DNA of 64,000 bases, taken from positions 8,192,954-8,256,953 of the forward strand of contig CM120644.1 in NCBI GenBank assembly GCA_051362555.1. The letters are read 5' to 3'. This DNA comes from Lingula anatina (taxonomy: Eukaryota; Animalia; Brachiopoda). The notes below the pieces were generated by a model. That model was not told the origin of the DNA. It made no database searches and saw only the letters and a list, made by a program, of their open reading frames with translations. The translations under genes were made by a program, and so were the position numbers. Numbering within the stretch: position 1 is the first letter of the stretch; each line of letters opens with the position of its first letter. Shown in pieces: positions 1-12,664 of this stretch.

Positions 1-966
1 ACAAATTATAACAAAGACGAGTCAGATGCAAAAGCATTCATTGTATTCTGCCTTAGCTACAGTTACACGCACATCCTGACAATGTTGTTTTATTCAGGCA
101 AATGTGAAAATCAATAAACTCTTAATCTATAAAAATAATTAAAAAAATATTGATCGTGAGATATTCTTAATACAATTTTAGTATACTAATAGATATATTG
201 ATATACGTACTGGTACTACAAATAGGTCTCTATTCTCTGAACTGGAGATAGCATCTAATGTGTTCTGTTTTAATCAATTAGATTCACGCAAATAGAGAAA
301 GCGCCGTTTCATTCAGGAAAAAGAGTAAGTCAATAAAATCTAAATATGTAAAAAAACTTTGACAGCAATCAATATAGTTAAATTTGAAGAAATCTATACA
401 GATAGCTCACTTTTGAAAAATTAAGTTATATGCTCGTGTTTAAATAAAGCATGCACAAAAGAAGCAATAGGAATGAAAATAATCAATACTGATAAATCAT
501 TAACCAATTGATAACCAAATAAACACATTCAAATTTTTAAGATTAGAAAAAAAAGAAGAAAACACGTACTATAAAGAAGATAAACAATGATGAAGATAAA
601 CAAATGAACTCATTCAGTGTATTGACGGATTCGAATAAATCTAATAAAGCGACCAAATAAAATGAAATCAGTTGTATTTAACAAGACAAAAATCGCATTA
701 CTCAGTCAGTATCCCCAGGGGCCTACATGGAATACTAATGTAATTTTCCTATAATGTGACAATAATGTAAGAACAATATATGCAACCTGTAGTTGTTGTA
801 ACAGGAACTTTTTCATTTGGATTAAGCATACCCTGTATCTGTGATGCACTAGGTTCAACACATACAAACATACCCACATGTACGTGTACACGCTTGTACA
901 AATAAGTGCACACTTATATATTCAGATCAAGTCGATAGTTTTTCTGTAATCATTTAACAAACATGC

Positions 967-1118
967 CTAGCAACTGCCCGCTTTACCAATAAGGTGTCTT
1001 CTAGAGCTTCCAAGGCTCCAAGACAGCGACGACGGACTCCACGTATTCCTGTTTCCCCAGGCCCACCCCTGATATGAAAAACGTCATAATGCAATAAACA
1101 TTTTAATATTTATAACAG

Positions 1119-1168
<50 letters not shown>

Positions 1169-4100
1169 CAAAAAATAAAGCATGATGAACCTGACATTAG
1201 CTAAAAGCATTTATATTAATTTAAGTCTAATTGAATCAAATGTCATATTAAAATACGCCGATTCACAACTTACCCAGGATCTCCAGCCACTAACCACGAA
1301 CGATCGTATTTGATACCAAGCTTGTATGTCAATCCTCATGGGGTCATGACCGTGGTAAAACGAGAAACAAATCCCAGGATAGAGCTTCCCCTCTCCTTCA
1401 ACCAGGTAATTGAGGGTGATGCCGATGTCAATTCCACCACGAACCAGTGACTGAAAATTATGTTTCACATTTATGGTTGCTATATTTAGAGTACATATCA
1501 TGGCTTTGACAAAATCGTTATTGATACAACCAGAATTAACAAAATACAGCAACCAGCGATCAATTGTATACAGAACAACACACAATTGTTAATTGGTATC
1601 CCCAATATATAAATTACTTTACAAATCTACAAAGGGTACAGTTTTAATATTTGTAAATGTTTCAGTGATATATTTCTCTCTCTCTAACAGACAGTTCAGT
1701 AAATTAACTTTAATCTTTTTTCTCTTTCTCTCTTTCGCTGTGTTCGTATAACATGTATACTTACAGCCAAATTAGCTGAAGCACCACCAGAAATGCGGAC
1801 ACTTGCTTTAAGGGTCATCGTCAAACAGTGAGAACAAGGATTGTTTGTACGAGGACAAAACCCTGCTCTGACACTAAAGTCCAAACTTGGGGCCAAGGAA
1901 ACGGTGAAGGAGATATGGCCGACATATATCCAAATCCGGTACAAGGTGATGGTTATTGGGGATGGATTGTAAACGGGAAAAGTCTTTTCAAGTGGACCGG
2001 ACTGATATCTGTACACCACAGTCTTCCCGTACACATTGAGATAGATCCTTGTGCGACTGCTGCCTTGTTTAAGACGATAGGCTTCTGCGGTAGCAAGAGT
2101 AATGCGTTGGGAGAAGATTTTGAGTTTGGCTATTGCCTTGCCGTACACTTTACAGTATCCTTGTTGTACATTTTTACCAGCAAACACACCGGACTTGATG
2201 TAGACATTCGCTTTTGAAGGACCGTAACTGATGTGGGAAAGGCAGTGCTTGTTGTCCGGGTATAGAGAGTTGTCGCTTGAGAACTGCGATGAACTTAACA
2301 ATTCTGAATACCGTGATCCGTAGGTGCCCCAAGAACTGCAACTTACATGGTCGACTCCTCTTTTGGCGCGTGTGGAATTCACCGCCTTTTCACCAAGATT
2401 GCCAAAAGGTACACCTTTAAGAAGAATGTATTCCTTAATGTCTGAAAATGCGCACTCATATCTTACATCTGCCATAAGAAGTGCATTGAGAAGGATTCTG
2501 TCCACCTCTGTTTGACCTGAATTGGGCCATGCCTTGTTTTTAGTATCCAATACCTTTCTGTAAGCAAGTTCGTTTTTGATGGTGGCCACGGCAGCTTCGC
2601 GTAATTCACAGCTAGACGTTGGATGAGTCAGCAAATCTACTAGCCATTGCTGAACCGACTCAACGTGGAAGTTTCTTCTCAGAGCGTGGATGCAGCCTAT
2701 ACTTATCTCTTCCACTTGTTCTTCCTTTTTAGCAATTGTTAATACGTCCGGTGTTAGTCTGTTGTCTCCAAAGTTACCTATAGCCTCAAGAGCGTCACTA
2801 ATTTGTTCTGTGTTATTATTTTTGTCGCCTGATTGAAGATGGCGTCGAAGAAAGTCCACCAATTCTGACTGGAAAGCAGTGCTGGTAGTTTCCTTCGAGG
2901 CGAGGGAGCCGAGGGTAAGTATAACGTGACTTTGAGATGGATCGCCTTGGGAGGACAGCGCGTTCCAGAGTGTCTTGACTGTGGTAAAGATGTGGTTTGT
3001 GGGTTTGGCAATAAAGGACAACTTCTGAACTAGTTCCTGCTTTTGATCGGCAGCAAGGGGGTGACGCTGGACCAGATCTGACAGAGTCTTAAAAAAATAA
3101 TTAAATTAACTTTTGACAAAGTATCACTCATGCTCATCGTTATTATAAAAATATGTTTCGTTTTTTTGTCTCCCCTTTCTAAAAAGAGTGACAAACAATC
3201 TTCTAGAGTAAAAATAATTTGACCATTTTGTGGTTGATAGTTCAGATGTTTTTAAAACACATATTGAAGATGACCAGAACCAATTGAGTATGAATGCATC
3301 TACATATCAAGTTTACAAAACTATAGCCAGCTATCGTAAGTTACTCAGTATAAACTGCACCTTTTCAACATCTTTTCCGCCAGCGGTGATGTAAAGATCC
3401 AAAATTGCTTTACATATTCCCCAATTTGTCGAACATTTGGAAACAATCTAGAAATAAACAACGGGTTGAGGTTTAGCTAAGTTAAAAGAAAAAAAGCATT
3501 AATTGATTTTTAGTTATTAATTTTACGTCAAGCAAAAACGTAACCATCAATCCCCAAAACATTAAAAAATGTTTAAATGCTGCCTTATGTACATGTATAT
3601 TCAAACCTTTCAAGAAATAAAAAGGAAAGTGAAGATGCCACAAAGTATAACTATAACAATATGTTAAAATATCAAACTTTGGTCGTATATTGATGAATAT
3701 TACAGCTTTGGTGTATACCCCTGTTACACAGTTTTTTTGGTCATTATGCATATTGCATTAAATGTTTGACCTGGCCTTCAAAACTATATCAAGTGATTAC
3801 TAAAACTGTTAAATTCTGAAAAAAATGCTATAAAAGTTTTCTTGTATGCACACCTCTTTTGTTGCTTTCATCAGTTGCTTAACCAGAGCTGGTTTGTTGG
3901 CCGCTGCAAAAGTTGCTGTGTTGTGTGGGATCCCGAGTTCATTTTCCAGTGAAAGAATTTCGTTCACTTCCTGCACTATAAAAACAAGTACAAACATTTA
4001 GACATTGATATTTAGAACACTTAAAAGGATAATGACTATTCGTATGAGATAAATATTTCACAATAAAAACCTTGAGAACAACTCATAGAAATATAATATA

Positions 4101-7100
4101 GTAGTTGTAGCTATTATTCTGATATCTGCTTGAGATTGTCATTAGACCACGTGACCTCCATTGATGGCTATACTCTGTTATAATCTCTTAAGAGATGATA
4201 ACAAAAAAAAAAAAAAAAAACATTTAAGAAAATAAAATAGGGACTAACTTTGAATGTAAAATGGATTCATTAACCATTGGTAAGTATAGGGAAATTGTTG
4301 TTTCATCATCATCATCATCATCATCATTTAGAGCTTATAGTGTTCCACTGTTGGACAAAGGCCTCAGCATGCTTTTTCCATTGTTTCCTATCCTGAGTTG
4401 TTGTTTACTCAAGGAGAAATCAATATTTGGCCAAAACGAAGAGTTATTATCCCTTTAAATATACGTATCTTCGGCGGAATTAAGCCTTTTCTCGTCTTTG
4501 ACCCTTCAGTCAAAACATACAGTACTGGTAAAAATGGTGGTCCCATATCTACATGTATTTCCATGAACTTTTATTTACAAATGATCACCTCACAGGCGAA
4601 CATTTTCATAAACAGTGCATTTTATTCCAGATATCACATCAACCATGATTAGTGGTACAAAAAAAAATAAATAAATAAATAGAATAATAATAATAATAAA
4701 TAAAAAATAAAAAAATACCAAAATGACAATAAACATATTCGTATTTCATACCATTAATTCAAATTTATAACCTTGTCTCCTCAGAAACGATGTTTCACAC
4801 TATATGCAAGAAGTGAGTTTAGAGGTAAATCCAGGGCTCTACATGACATAGCACTTGTTCACATTTCCTTAGGGAATGAGGCTATTCACCTGGATAGCCC
4901 ATTCCCTGGTGAATGTGTCCTGTTAGACATCGGAATATTGGAGGTAACCTATTTCAATATTAAGCTGTTGATTTAAGAAAAAAAAAATGTTTCATTCTTA
5001 TCCTTCTTAAAGGATATATAAAGCTTTAATACGTACACTGTGACGGATCTGTTGGATCCTTAATGAAGTTTGCCACAACTTGATTCAACCTATCCTCTTC
5101 GTCGAACATCTTCCTCAAAACAGTCCATCTTCGGTATACACCAGACACTGTAATAGTGACCAAGAAGTGCCATACCATTTATAGAATAAAACCGACCCGC
5201 TGGCGATAAACAAAAAAAAAACTGTTTCAAAATAACCAGCTCACCGAAGAGAAAAAAGAAGATATAACAGAAATAAGCAACGTATTGTGCAAGAAGTTAA
5301 GATACAATAATAGCTTTTCACACTGAACAGTATTTCCAGTTCAGGAGATCAAAACTTCATTCTTAAAAACTGTGTATCTAGTAGACTAAAAACTAAGTAT
5401 GTAACAGAAACTAATCTTATCTTCATTTTGGTAATGACAAATATTTTAATAGATAAACTTTGATAAAAATAAAATTATCATTTTATCTTTTTATTGTGAT
5501 AATCATTAATTACTCCAGGCTAGTACACTTACTCTTGTCATACTGCCCGACCAATGATCTTTTCTGGAATTGAGTGTTAGCTGCCGCTGCCATTCTTTGA
5601 ACGCCTTCAACGGAACGCTTTACGTGCTTGCGTAAGGTAAGGTTGAAGGTCACGTCAGATGTCAATAATACCCCAAGATCAATATCACTTCCTTCCTCAG
5701 AGTTGACAGCGTCATCCTAAATGAATGCAATATTGAATAATACTTATAACCAGTATTATTTGTATTTGGTTTTTGAAATTTTCTCTGTAGTTTCCTGGAA
5801 AATGCAATGCACCGTTTGAGTTTGTTTCGAGTATGTAATTCATGGTGAATCTTCAATTTATCATATTTATTATATTTTGGGCGCTTTATAAGCTGATATC
5901 TGGTGACTTAAATTAGACACACATAAGAAGCGAAGGTAACTGTTCGGCTGTAACGGTAACGGTCTCTGCGGTTCGAAATCTTACTAGTGAGATTGTCCCT
6001 TAACAATAATCATACCAGTATAGTTAACACATTCCTACCGGTTGGGATCGTACACGTTATACCAGCCCTAGTTCTGATATTATATCGTAACAAAACAGGT
6101 ACTGTGAATCTTATCTAATCAGGCACCCAGTTTATAAAACAGACATAATGATAAACTACACTATTTTTTTTTCATTAATAGAATGATAGAAACACATGAA
6201 ACTGGAAGAGGAGGCATATTCCGCATGATAACGGTTACCCTAGTTGTCCTTCCCTAAATCTGCGTTTTTATAATTTTTAAACATTTAAAATTACAATATT
6301 AGAAACAGATGTAAGCAAATATGTTTTTATTGCTTGGCTAAGAAGTACAAATAAGCTAGAGAGTGATATATCGTTGTCTTCTTTCTTGCAGCGAATGAAA
6401 CTATTAAAGTTTGTGGTACACTGGGATGGAGGAGACATAAAAACCATATTTACCTGTTCCTCGGGTTTGTCAAACACCTGCACGTGTCCGGAGACGCTGG
6501 TCAGGATACCTCCACTAACACGCTGGACTTCATCTGTCTCGATGTCCACTTCGTCGGTGTCAGAGTCAGTATTATTCTCTGCGTAGATGTCCTTGGAGGA
6601 AAAGTGCTTCTTAACTTCAATCTCTCCAAATTGCAGCTCCGTAGACCTAGAAAGGCAATGAACATAATGCAACATAATGCAACAGCACCGCCCATTTCGA
6701 GTAAGGAAAGTGAAAGAATGAAAAAATATAATAAATAAAATTGATAGGTAAGATAAGTCGAGAGATATCATTTAACATATACGCACCTGTACACATGTAT
6801 ACAATGAAGTAACTACAGTATGTAAAAAACAATGCAAACGTGATTTATGGGTGATTTAGAAAATAACAGCTATATTTCTCATAACCCATTTTTAGCACAA
6901 TTTCCTGTTTAATATTTGATTTATAGATGGAATTAAAAAGAAATTTATTTTATAAATATATAAAAGTCATTATTAAAATTATTGGCAGCCATGCCTGTTT
7001 TTAGTAAAAAGAATTATTGTATTTATGGTTTAAATGAGATACGCGTAATTTGATAAATATGTTTGAATTATTTGAACCGTTTTCCTTATTTTTTTAATCC

Positions 7101-9084
7101 TAGGTAAAACTGCTGGAAAAAAATGTTGGAAAAACTAGTAAGCACCCATATTCAATAATAAAATAAAAGTCAAGACCCTAATGACGCTGAAGCTTTTAAA
7201 TAAGTCTAGTATTTAAAAATAGTGCGACTTATGGAATTAAGGGGTTGTATTGCTCTGCTGGAAGATATCCTACTCATTGCAAATGTGTATCAGTAGTGTC
7301 AGTCTGCCTCTATCTTCCAAAAGTATTCTGATGTTGTTGTACATTCACAAAAGAAAAAAAAATGAAAAGGTAGAACCATGCGCTTACCTGTAGTGTGAGT
7401 CGTGTGTCCCCATGACGTCTGTCTCTTTGACATTTTCTTTGCCACGCACTAAATTAGTTTGAAGTGCCGATAGAATAGAACGTTTGAAATTCATGACGTC
7501 TGTATTTCCTAAAAATAAATGCGAAAGAGTTAAGCACAAAATATTTTAGAGAACAAGTTCTGAGTTTTATATGGATGACATGCCTGCTTTGTTTATTTTT
7601 AATTGAGCGGCAAATAGACGAGTATATATGTTCGTCTGATAACTGTCAGTTTTAAGCACTTGTTTGCGTATGAGGAAAGCGATTTCAAAAGGGAGAGGAA
7701 CGCGCCTCACCCCTTTGGCAAGTGCTACGATTTTGATTTAAGATCGACATTATCCATAAGATATGTAGCGTGTGGAGAAAAAAAATTACTTTACCTAAAT
7801 CTTTCTTGGTAAACCTAGCCTCGGCAATAGTTCCGTTCCCCAGTTGAACAAACCAGGTAGGCTGGTCATACAGGTCGTCAGCAGACAGGGGAGCCTCGGG
7901 TTGGGAGGTCGTGCTATTGAAATGGAAAAGCAAATGTGTGAAATAAGGACCCAACACCAAAAAAAAAAAAAAAAAAAAATACAAATCCATTATTGCAAAT
8001 ATTTGAGGTAAATGAACCTATTAAGCTCCATTAATATTTTAATTGAGCGACTGTTTAGTGTCACATGATATGTGTACACTGGACATGTGGATATAGTGCA
8101 ATGGTTGGACTAAAAGTAAATTAATTAAGATAATATGGCTCTCACCCATTTTCTTTGACCACTTGAGCAAGAACATTACGCATAAACATAAGGAAGGATG
8201 AAGCGCTTTCATCTATGTAGCTCCCAAAGCCATCTGGAAATAAGCAACGAAATAACACATTATGTCAACAATTGTATAATTTTCAAAATTCACCATGTCT
8301 AATATAATGCTTCAGACACAAAATTTCACCAAATAATAGGTTAACAATATGGTTGGTTTAGTCAAATCGTCAAGTTAAAATAACAAAAGAAAACGACAAT
8401 GCAGTTATTTAATTAAGTTACAATGAATGAAGCAGTGGGTTAAATATCAGATACCTCGTCTTATAAACAAAGGGTATGTAGAATAAATATAAATTCCGAT
8501 AAATTTTACTAAATACCTCCAATATACTCCACATCTACATCAGCGGAGATGTGAAAAGTTTCCTCTGCCGGACCGAACAGATTGGCTTCGCTTTCATATC
8601 GGTAGTGGAGGGTTTTACCCTAAAAATGCACATAACAAAATGTTTAATTTTTAATTTTTAATCCTGATCTCCCTTTCTCTCCCGCCCTCTCTACTAACAG
8701 CTTTTTCGGAACCACAAGAATATATCAAACCAAGATGAAGGGAGGAGGTGAATAAAATATGTTCTTTTTTGTATGTATAATCAGGGAGATCCAGATAATT
8801 GGGAGGGATGACAACGATGTAGCAAACAGTACATCTTGATTCGCTGTAACTATTGAGAGGAAATGGAATAATTTATTTCACCCAAATATACGAAAGACAT
8901 TGACAGTTTTTAATGAAGGCCAGAATTGATACAATGTCTACGAATCTAAGTGTATACTTACACGCAAATTGGCGTTAGGTAAGGCGGACGAATTTTTCGA
9001 TACGTAGCCCTCGTCTTTGCACAAGGCAGGCCACACCAGAGCGGCAAAGAGACACAGGTCTAGAATATGCCAGTATAACTGCAT
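967..9084 (-). CDS. Paralogue A: secreted vitellogenin-N/LLT-domain (MTP-sized) protein with furin site and basic C-terminal domain, 950 aa, 13 coding exons
   Basis: Exons (GT-AG, phase-compatible): 9084-8962, 8619-8517, 8233-8146, 7913-7795, 7508-7388, 6646-6454, 5716-5533, 5147-5037, 3975-3854, 3447-3361, 3087-1765, 1450-1274, 1068-967 = 2853 nt. Signal peptide MQLYWHILDLCLFAALVWPALC. LLT motif NFKRSILSALQTNL...ETDVMGTH (cf. MTP NIKRGLASLFQT...EVDISGNC). Helical-domain motifs ILTLGSL, ALEAIGNFG, IHALRR, ELREAA. RAKR at 2370-2359. Confidence 0.88.
1120..1168. repeat. (TTA)n microsatellite
   Basis: Read directly; the same intron of B has one at about 17586-17617. Confidence 0.9.
4304..4397 (-). 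mobile_element. 5'-truncated RTE-clade LINE 3' end with (TGA)n tail
   Basis: Minus strand reads TQDRKQWKKHAEAFVQQW (RTE C-terminal AQDR..W...EAFVQQW), then (TGA)n; flanked by the 9-bp direct repeat TTGTTGTTT (4295-4303, 4398-4406). Confidence 0.75.
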
Positions 9085-10113
9085 TTTCTTGAAGGCGTAT
9101 CTGGGAAAGTTAAACGTGCGGTGAAATGAAATACAAATTCAATAGCAACTATGGGCGTATCTGTGCTAAATTTGGAATTTTCACATTATATTTTCGACAC
9201 TGAATATTGTGACTTTTTTTTGACATAGTGCAACTCCTAAACCGTGTGGAAAAAAAAACGGACACCACCCACGGTATTGCGCTTGATGAGTTCTAAAAAA
9301 AAATACAACAAGCAAGAGGTCTCCATCAAATACAGTTCCAGAATTAGAGTTTCCAGTTTCGGCATCTAATGGCTGCTTTTCCCGTGGTAATGCACCAATT
9401 GACCCCAAACCTACGAAGACGTAACACCTGTCCATAATATTATAGGTAAGTTCTGTGTAGTGAATGAAAATTGGCTAAAATAAAACAAATTGCAAAAAAA
9501 AAAAAAAAAAAAAGAATCTTTACAGATTTTTAGCCTGTTTGACCTGGTAATGAAAGTCACAGATCGAATCAAAGTGCATTTTTTATGTGAAAACTCTATA
9601 AACGACTTTGGTCAGACACATAGTTATTTATGCCATAATTCTTTCGGTTTGGGAAATATGTAGCATCTAATTAAGCACATTTTGGACAAGGGTGCATTAC
9701 AACGAGCGCAGCGCCTAGACCAGTGCCCCGACAAAGTCTGGATAAAATACAATCTGTGCTATAATATCACTTTTAAAACATCCAAATGAGCATTTAAACT
9801 TAAGACGTTTTTTCTTGAAATACATTTGTGACGACGGTATTGACTTTGTCTTACTGATTACGCGAGGTAAGAACTAAGCAACTTTCATATTCCTTCATAT
9901 TCTTTTGTTACTTCCTTACTACGTTAGTGCATTTTCTTCCTCTCCCTTCAACCTCCCACATCGCTCTCTTCGTTTACATTACATTCTGCGCTTAAGCACG
10001 AAGGGGTCATGTGTCAATCAACTCAAGTTACTCAACAAAAGACTCCTTATTCACTTGTGGCTGTCAATTACTAACATTACACATTTGAGGAAACGCTATA
10101 GAAATTACATTAA

Positions 10114-11140
10114 CCCTCAAGAGACCAAGCTATTTTACTGACTGAAATGACCAAGTGGGGTCATCTATGACCCCATTGTGCTCTGTACAGGGATCCTTAT
10201 TATAAAAGGCTGTTGAGGCTTTATAACACCCATACTACTCCCAGGATTTAAGACAAGTATTTTATAATGATCTAATGTAATAAGTATTTGGTAATAATAC
10301 TTTTATTGCATGAAATAACCAAGTACAGATTTTAAGAAAAACCGGTATTTAGACAGTCATTGTCAGTTTCCACTTGCAGAAATATTTCTCTTTTTATTTG
10401 CCACACTAAATGAAAAAAGTACATTACAAAATTACTTTGAGTAAAAATATTTTGATTTCTGTTGAGATAGCATCCTGCTAACTTCAATAAGAATAATTAG
10501 TTGACTTGCTGAGTAGGGAATACCCTAATGCTGGTAAGGAAGTCATACTACTCAGAACACATTCAATCAACCTACATGTATGTTACTACCACAGCTGTGT
10601 ATAAAACAAAATCCACACAAACAATTTGTTAATATATGTATAATATGATATCGACAGAATTATTTAGATTTCAGAAATACCCGAAAATTGTAACCGTCAA
10701 CATGAGAGACCCAGTTATGAGAACAAGTTCCAACAAAGCTACTGGAATTAGATTCAGCGATGCACTATAAGTAACACTTCAAGCACAATCTTCACAAACC
10801 ACTTATTTGTGCCTATGTTTTGGGCACACTGGCTGGTTGCATGAAGCACATGCATGTGACATTTTCCTGTCAGTGTTGCTTGGGCAAAACATTTGAATAA
10901 AATTTAAAAATCAATATGTAAAAACCAATGCTTCTCTTTGGGGTCATAAATGACCCCACAAGAGTTTTTAATGTATACGCCACACTAATTGGTTGATCCC
11001 TACAAAAAACTGTGAAAGTGTGTAGGATTAGTAGACTGACAAACTCATGCAAGGAAAGAAAATTCGAATAAAAAATAAAGAGATGGCACATTAAATCATA
11101 TGGCTGGGGTCGTAAATGACCCCACTCGGTCACTTGAGGG
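10114..11140. mobile_element. Non-autonomous piggyBac-type element
   Basis: TTAA on both sides (10110-10113, 11141-11144); TIR CCCTCAAG(A/T)GACC; subterminal palindromes TGGGGTCA/G...TGACCCCA near 10156, 10940 and 11105; no transposase ORF. Confidence 0.85.
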
Positions 11141-12589
11141 TTAAATATGAATAAATATCTTTCTATTCAAAGAAGGCATAGGACTGTTAATCGTTATGAC
11201 GGGGACTCTGGATAAAGCACAATACGTCTTATGATATCACGGTAAAACCGTCCAAATGAGCTTTTAAATTTAAAACATTTTTTTTCTTGAAATACATTAG
11301 AGAAAACTCTATTTCTTCATAACCATCTAGGGATTCGTACGTAGAGGCGGAACAAATTAGTATTTTTCTAAGACAAACACACAATATAGGTTATTTAGTA
11401 TAACAACAAACATGTTTTTTACGTTTAACATGAGCAGCTCATATCAAAAATAAATAACGCTTAAAACATTTGTGTCAACACTTTTTGCGGATGAAATGCT
11501 GTACAGGTATAAGAGAATGCAATTGTAGGTATGTGTATCAGCTAAGTTTATAACATCCACGTTACATTCTGTTGAAACAATCATCTACATGTATACAAGG
11601 TCTTCATTTTACAAGGAACATGCTATAAATGACACCTTTTGATCTTGAAATGGTACAAATGGTTTAAGAGTGGCTCTTGTGGTAAAAACCTTCGTAAAAT
11701 ATGCCGTCTGACTATATTACATCGATTCATCAGATCAGACTATATTACATTAAAAGTGTGCGGCCAATGCCCGTTCCCTTCACTTTTGAAACAACGGAGC
11801 GGTAAGCAAGTAATGGTCAACTTATCAAACTGCACAGCACTTTTTTAAGCAAAACAACAACAACAACAACAACAATAATAATAAGAAGAAGAATCGCAAC
11901 AAATAAATAAATAGAAAAGGAAAATATCGCGGCTTCACTATTGCCTAATTCTGGCAGGTGATTTCAGCTACTAATAAGAGTAGGGTCTATAAAAATTATT
12001 ATAAAGATTAAATATATAATACAAGCGTTCAACCCCTTTTCAACCCATAGGACGTCTTCATGGATTGAAAAAAAAAATGTTAACATACAATCACCTAGGC
12101 TACATGACGTCAGTGATGTGTTAAAAAGGAAACTTAAACGACAGAAGGCAAAGATGGATCGCTGAACAAAAAATTTAATAAGAATATTAGACAGTTTAAA
12201 AACAGCCTGAATTTGAACAAATGTTTCCTAAATGAATATTAATTTTTGTTACGTAATGTTGAAAACGTTTACATCATGCACGCTTTTGTGACATCGCGTC
12301 ACCGACGTCACGATCCTAAAAGTTTGTTATTACCATTTTTTTTTCAAACCCCTTAAGAAGGCAAAGGTGCCGAAAGCTTGAATTAGATTTTACATCTTTA
12401 TACAGTAGTAGATATTCATAGATGCATCATTATATTTATTTATTTATTTATTTAAAATCTATACGGTGATTAGATTTGAATCTTTTATTAAAGGCAAACA
12501 ATTAAAGCAAAAGTGCAGCTAAGAAACGTAAATACATGGATTAATAAAATGTAGATATACAGAATAATCAATACAAACATTTCACTTAC

Positions 12590-12664
12590 CAGCTGCAAAA
12601 GAACACTTCTTACATGTACTTCCGAAGTCTCTCTGATTAAAACTCTCCTGCACGTTTTTATATA
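12590..12664 (-). promoter_or_regulatory. TATA box and non-coding exon 1 of paralogue A
   Basis: TATATAAAAA at 12664-12655; donor CTG|GTAAGT at 12590/12589; the same arrangement occurs upstream of all four paralogues. Confidence 0.65.

Noticed and set aside
940-969. Stop-codon readthrough at the conserved TGC TAG GCA
   Set aside because: Downstream frames differ in length and sequence among A, B and D, and C deleted the site.
1828-2515. Plus-strand ORFs overlapping exon 12 (also 18294-18602, 50698-50955)
   Set aside because: Antisense shadows of the real coding exon; starts and stops are not conserved among paralogues.
1696-3021. The 441-495 aa ORFs as complete single-exon genes
   Set aside because: They start at internal codons and run past a conserved GTAAG donor into microsatellite intron; they are exon 12 of larger genes.
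3088-3090. AAG acceptor in A exon 12 (also B exon 3) as a sign of pseudogenisation
   Set aside because: AAG acceptors are uncommon but functional, and the frame is preserved.
967-9084. Naming the array genes vtg or mttp
   Set aside because: No vWD domain and too short for Vtg; furin site, lost N-domain Cys pair and four copies are unlike MTP; orthology cannot be shown without a tree.
9180-9730. Transposon-end-like sequence in intron 1 of A (also about 12000-12400 and 48460-49000)
   Set aside because: No matching TIR pair or TSD could be found by eye.
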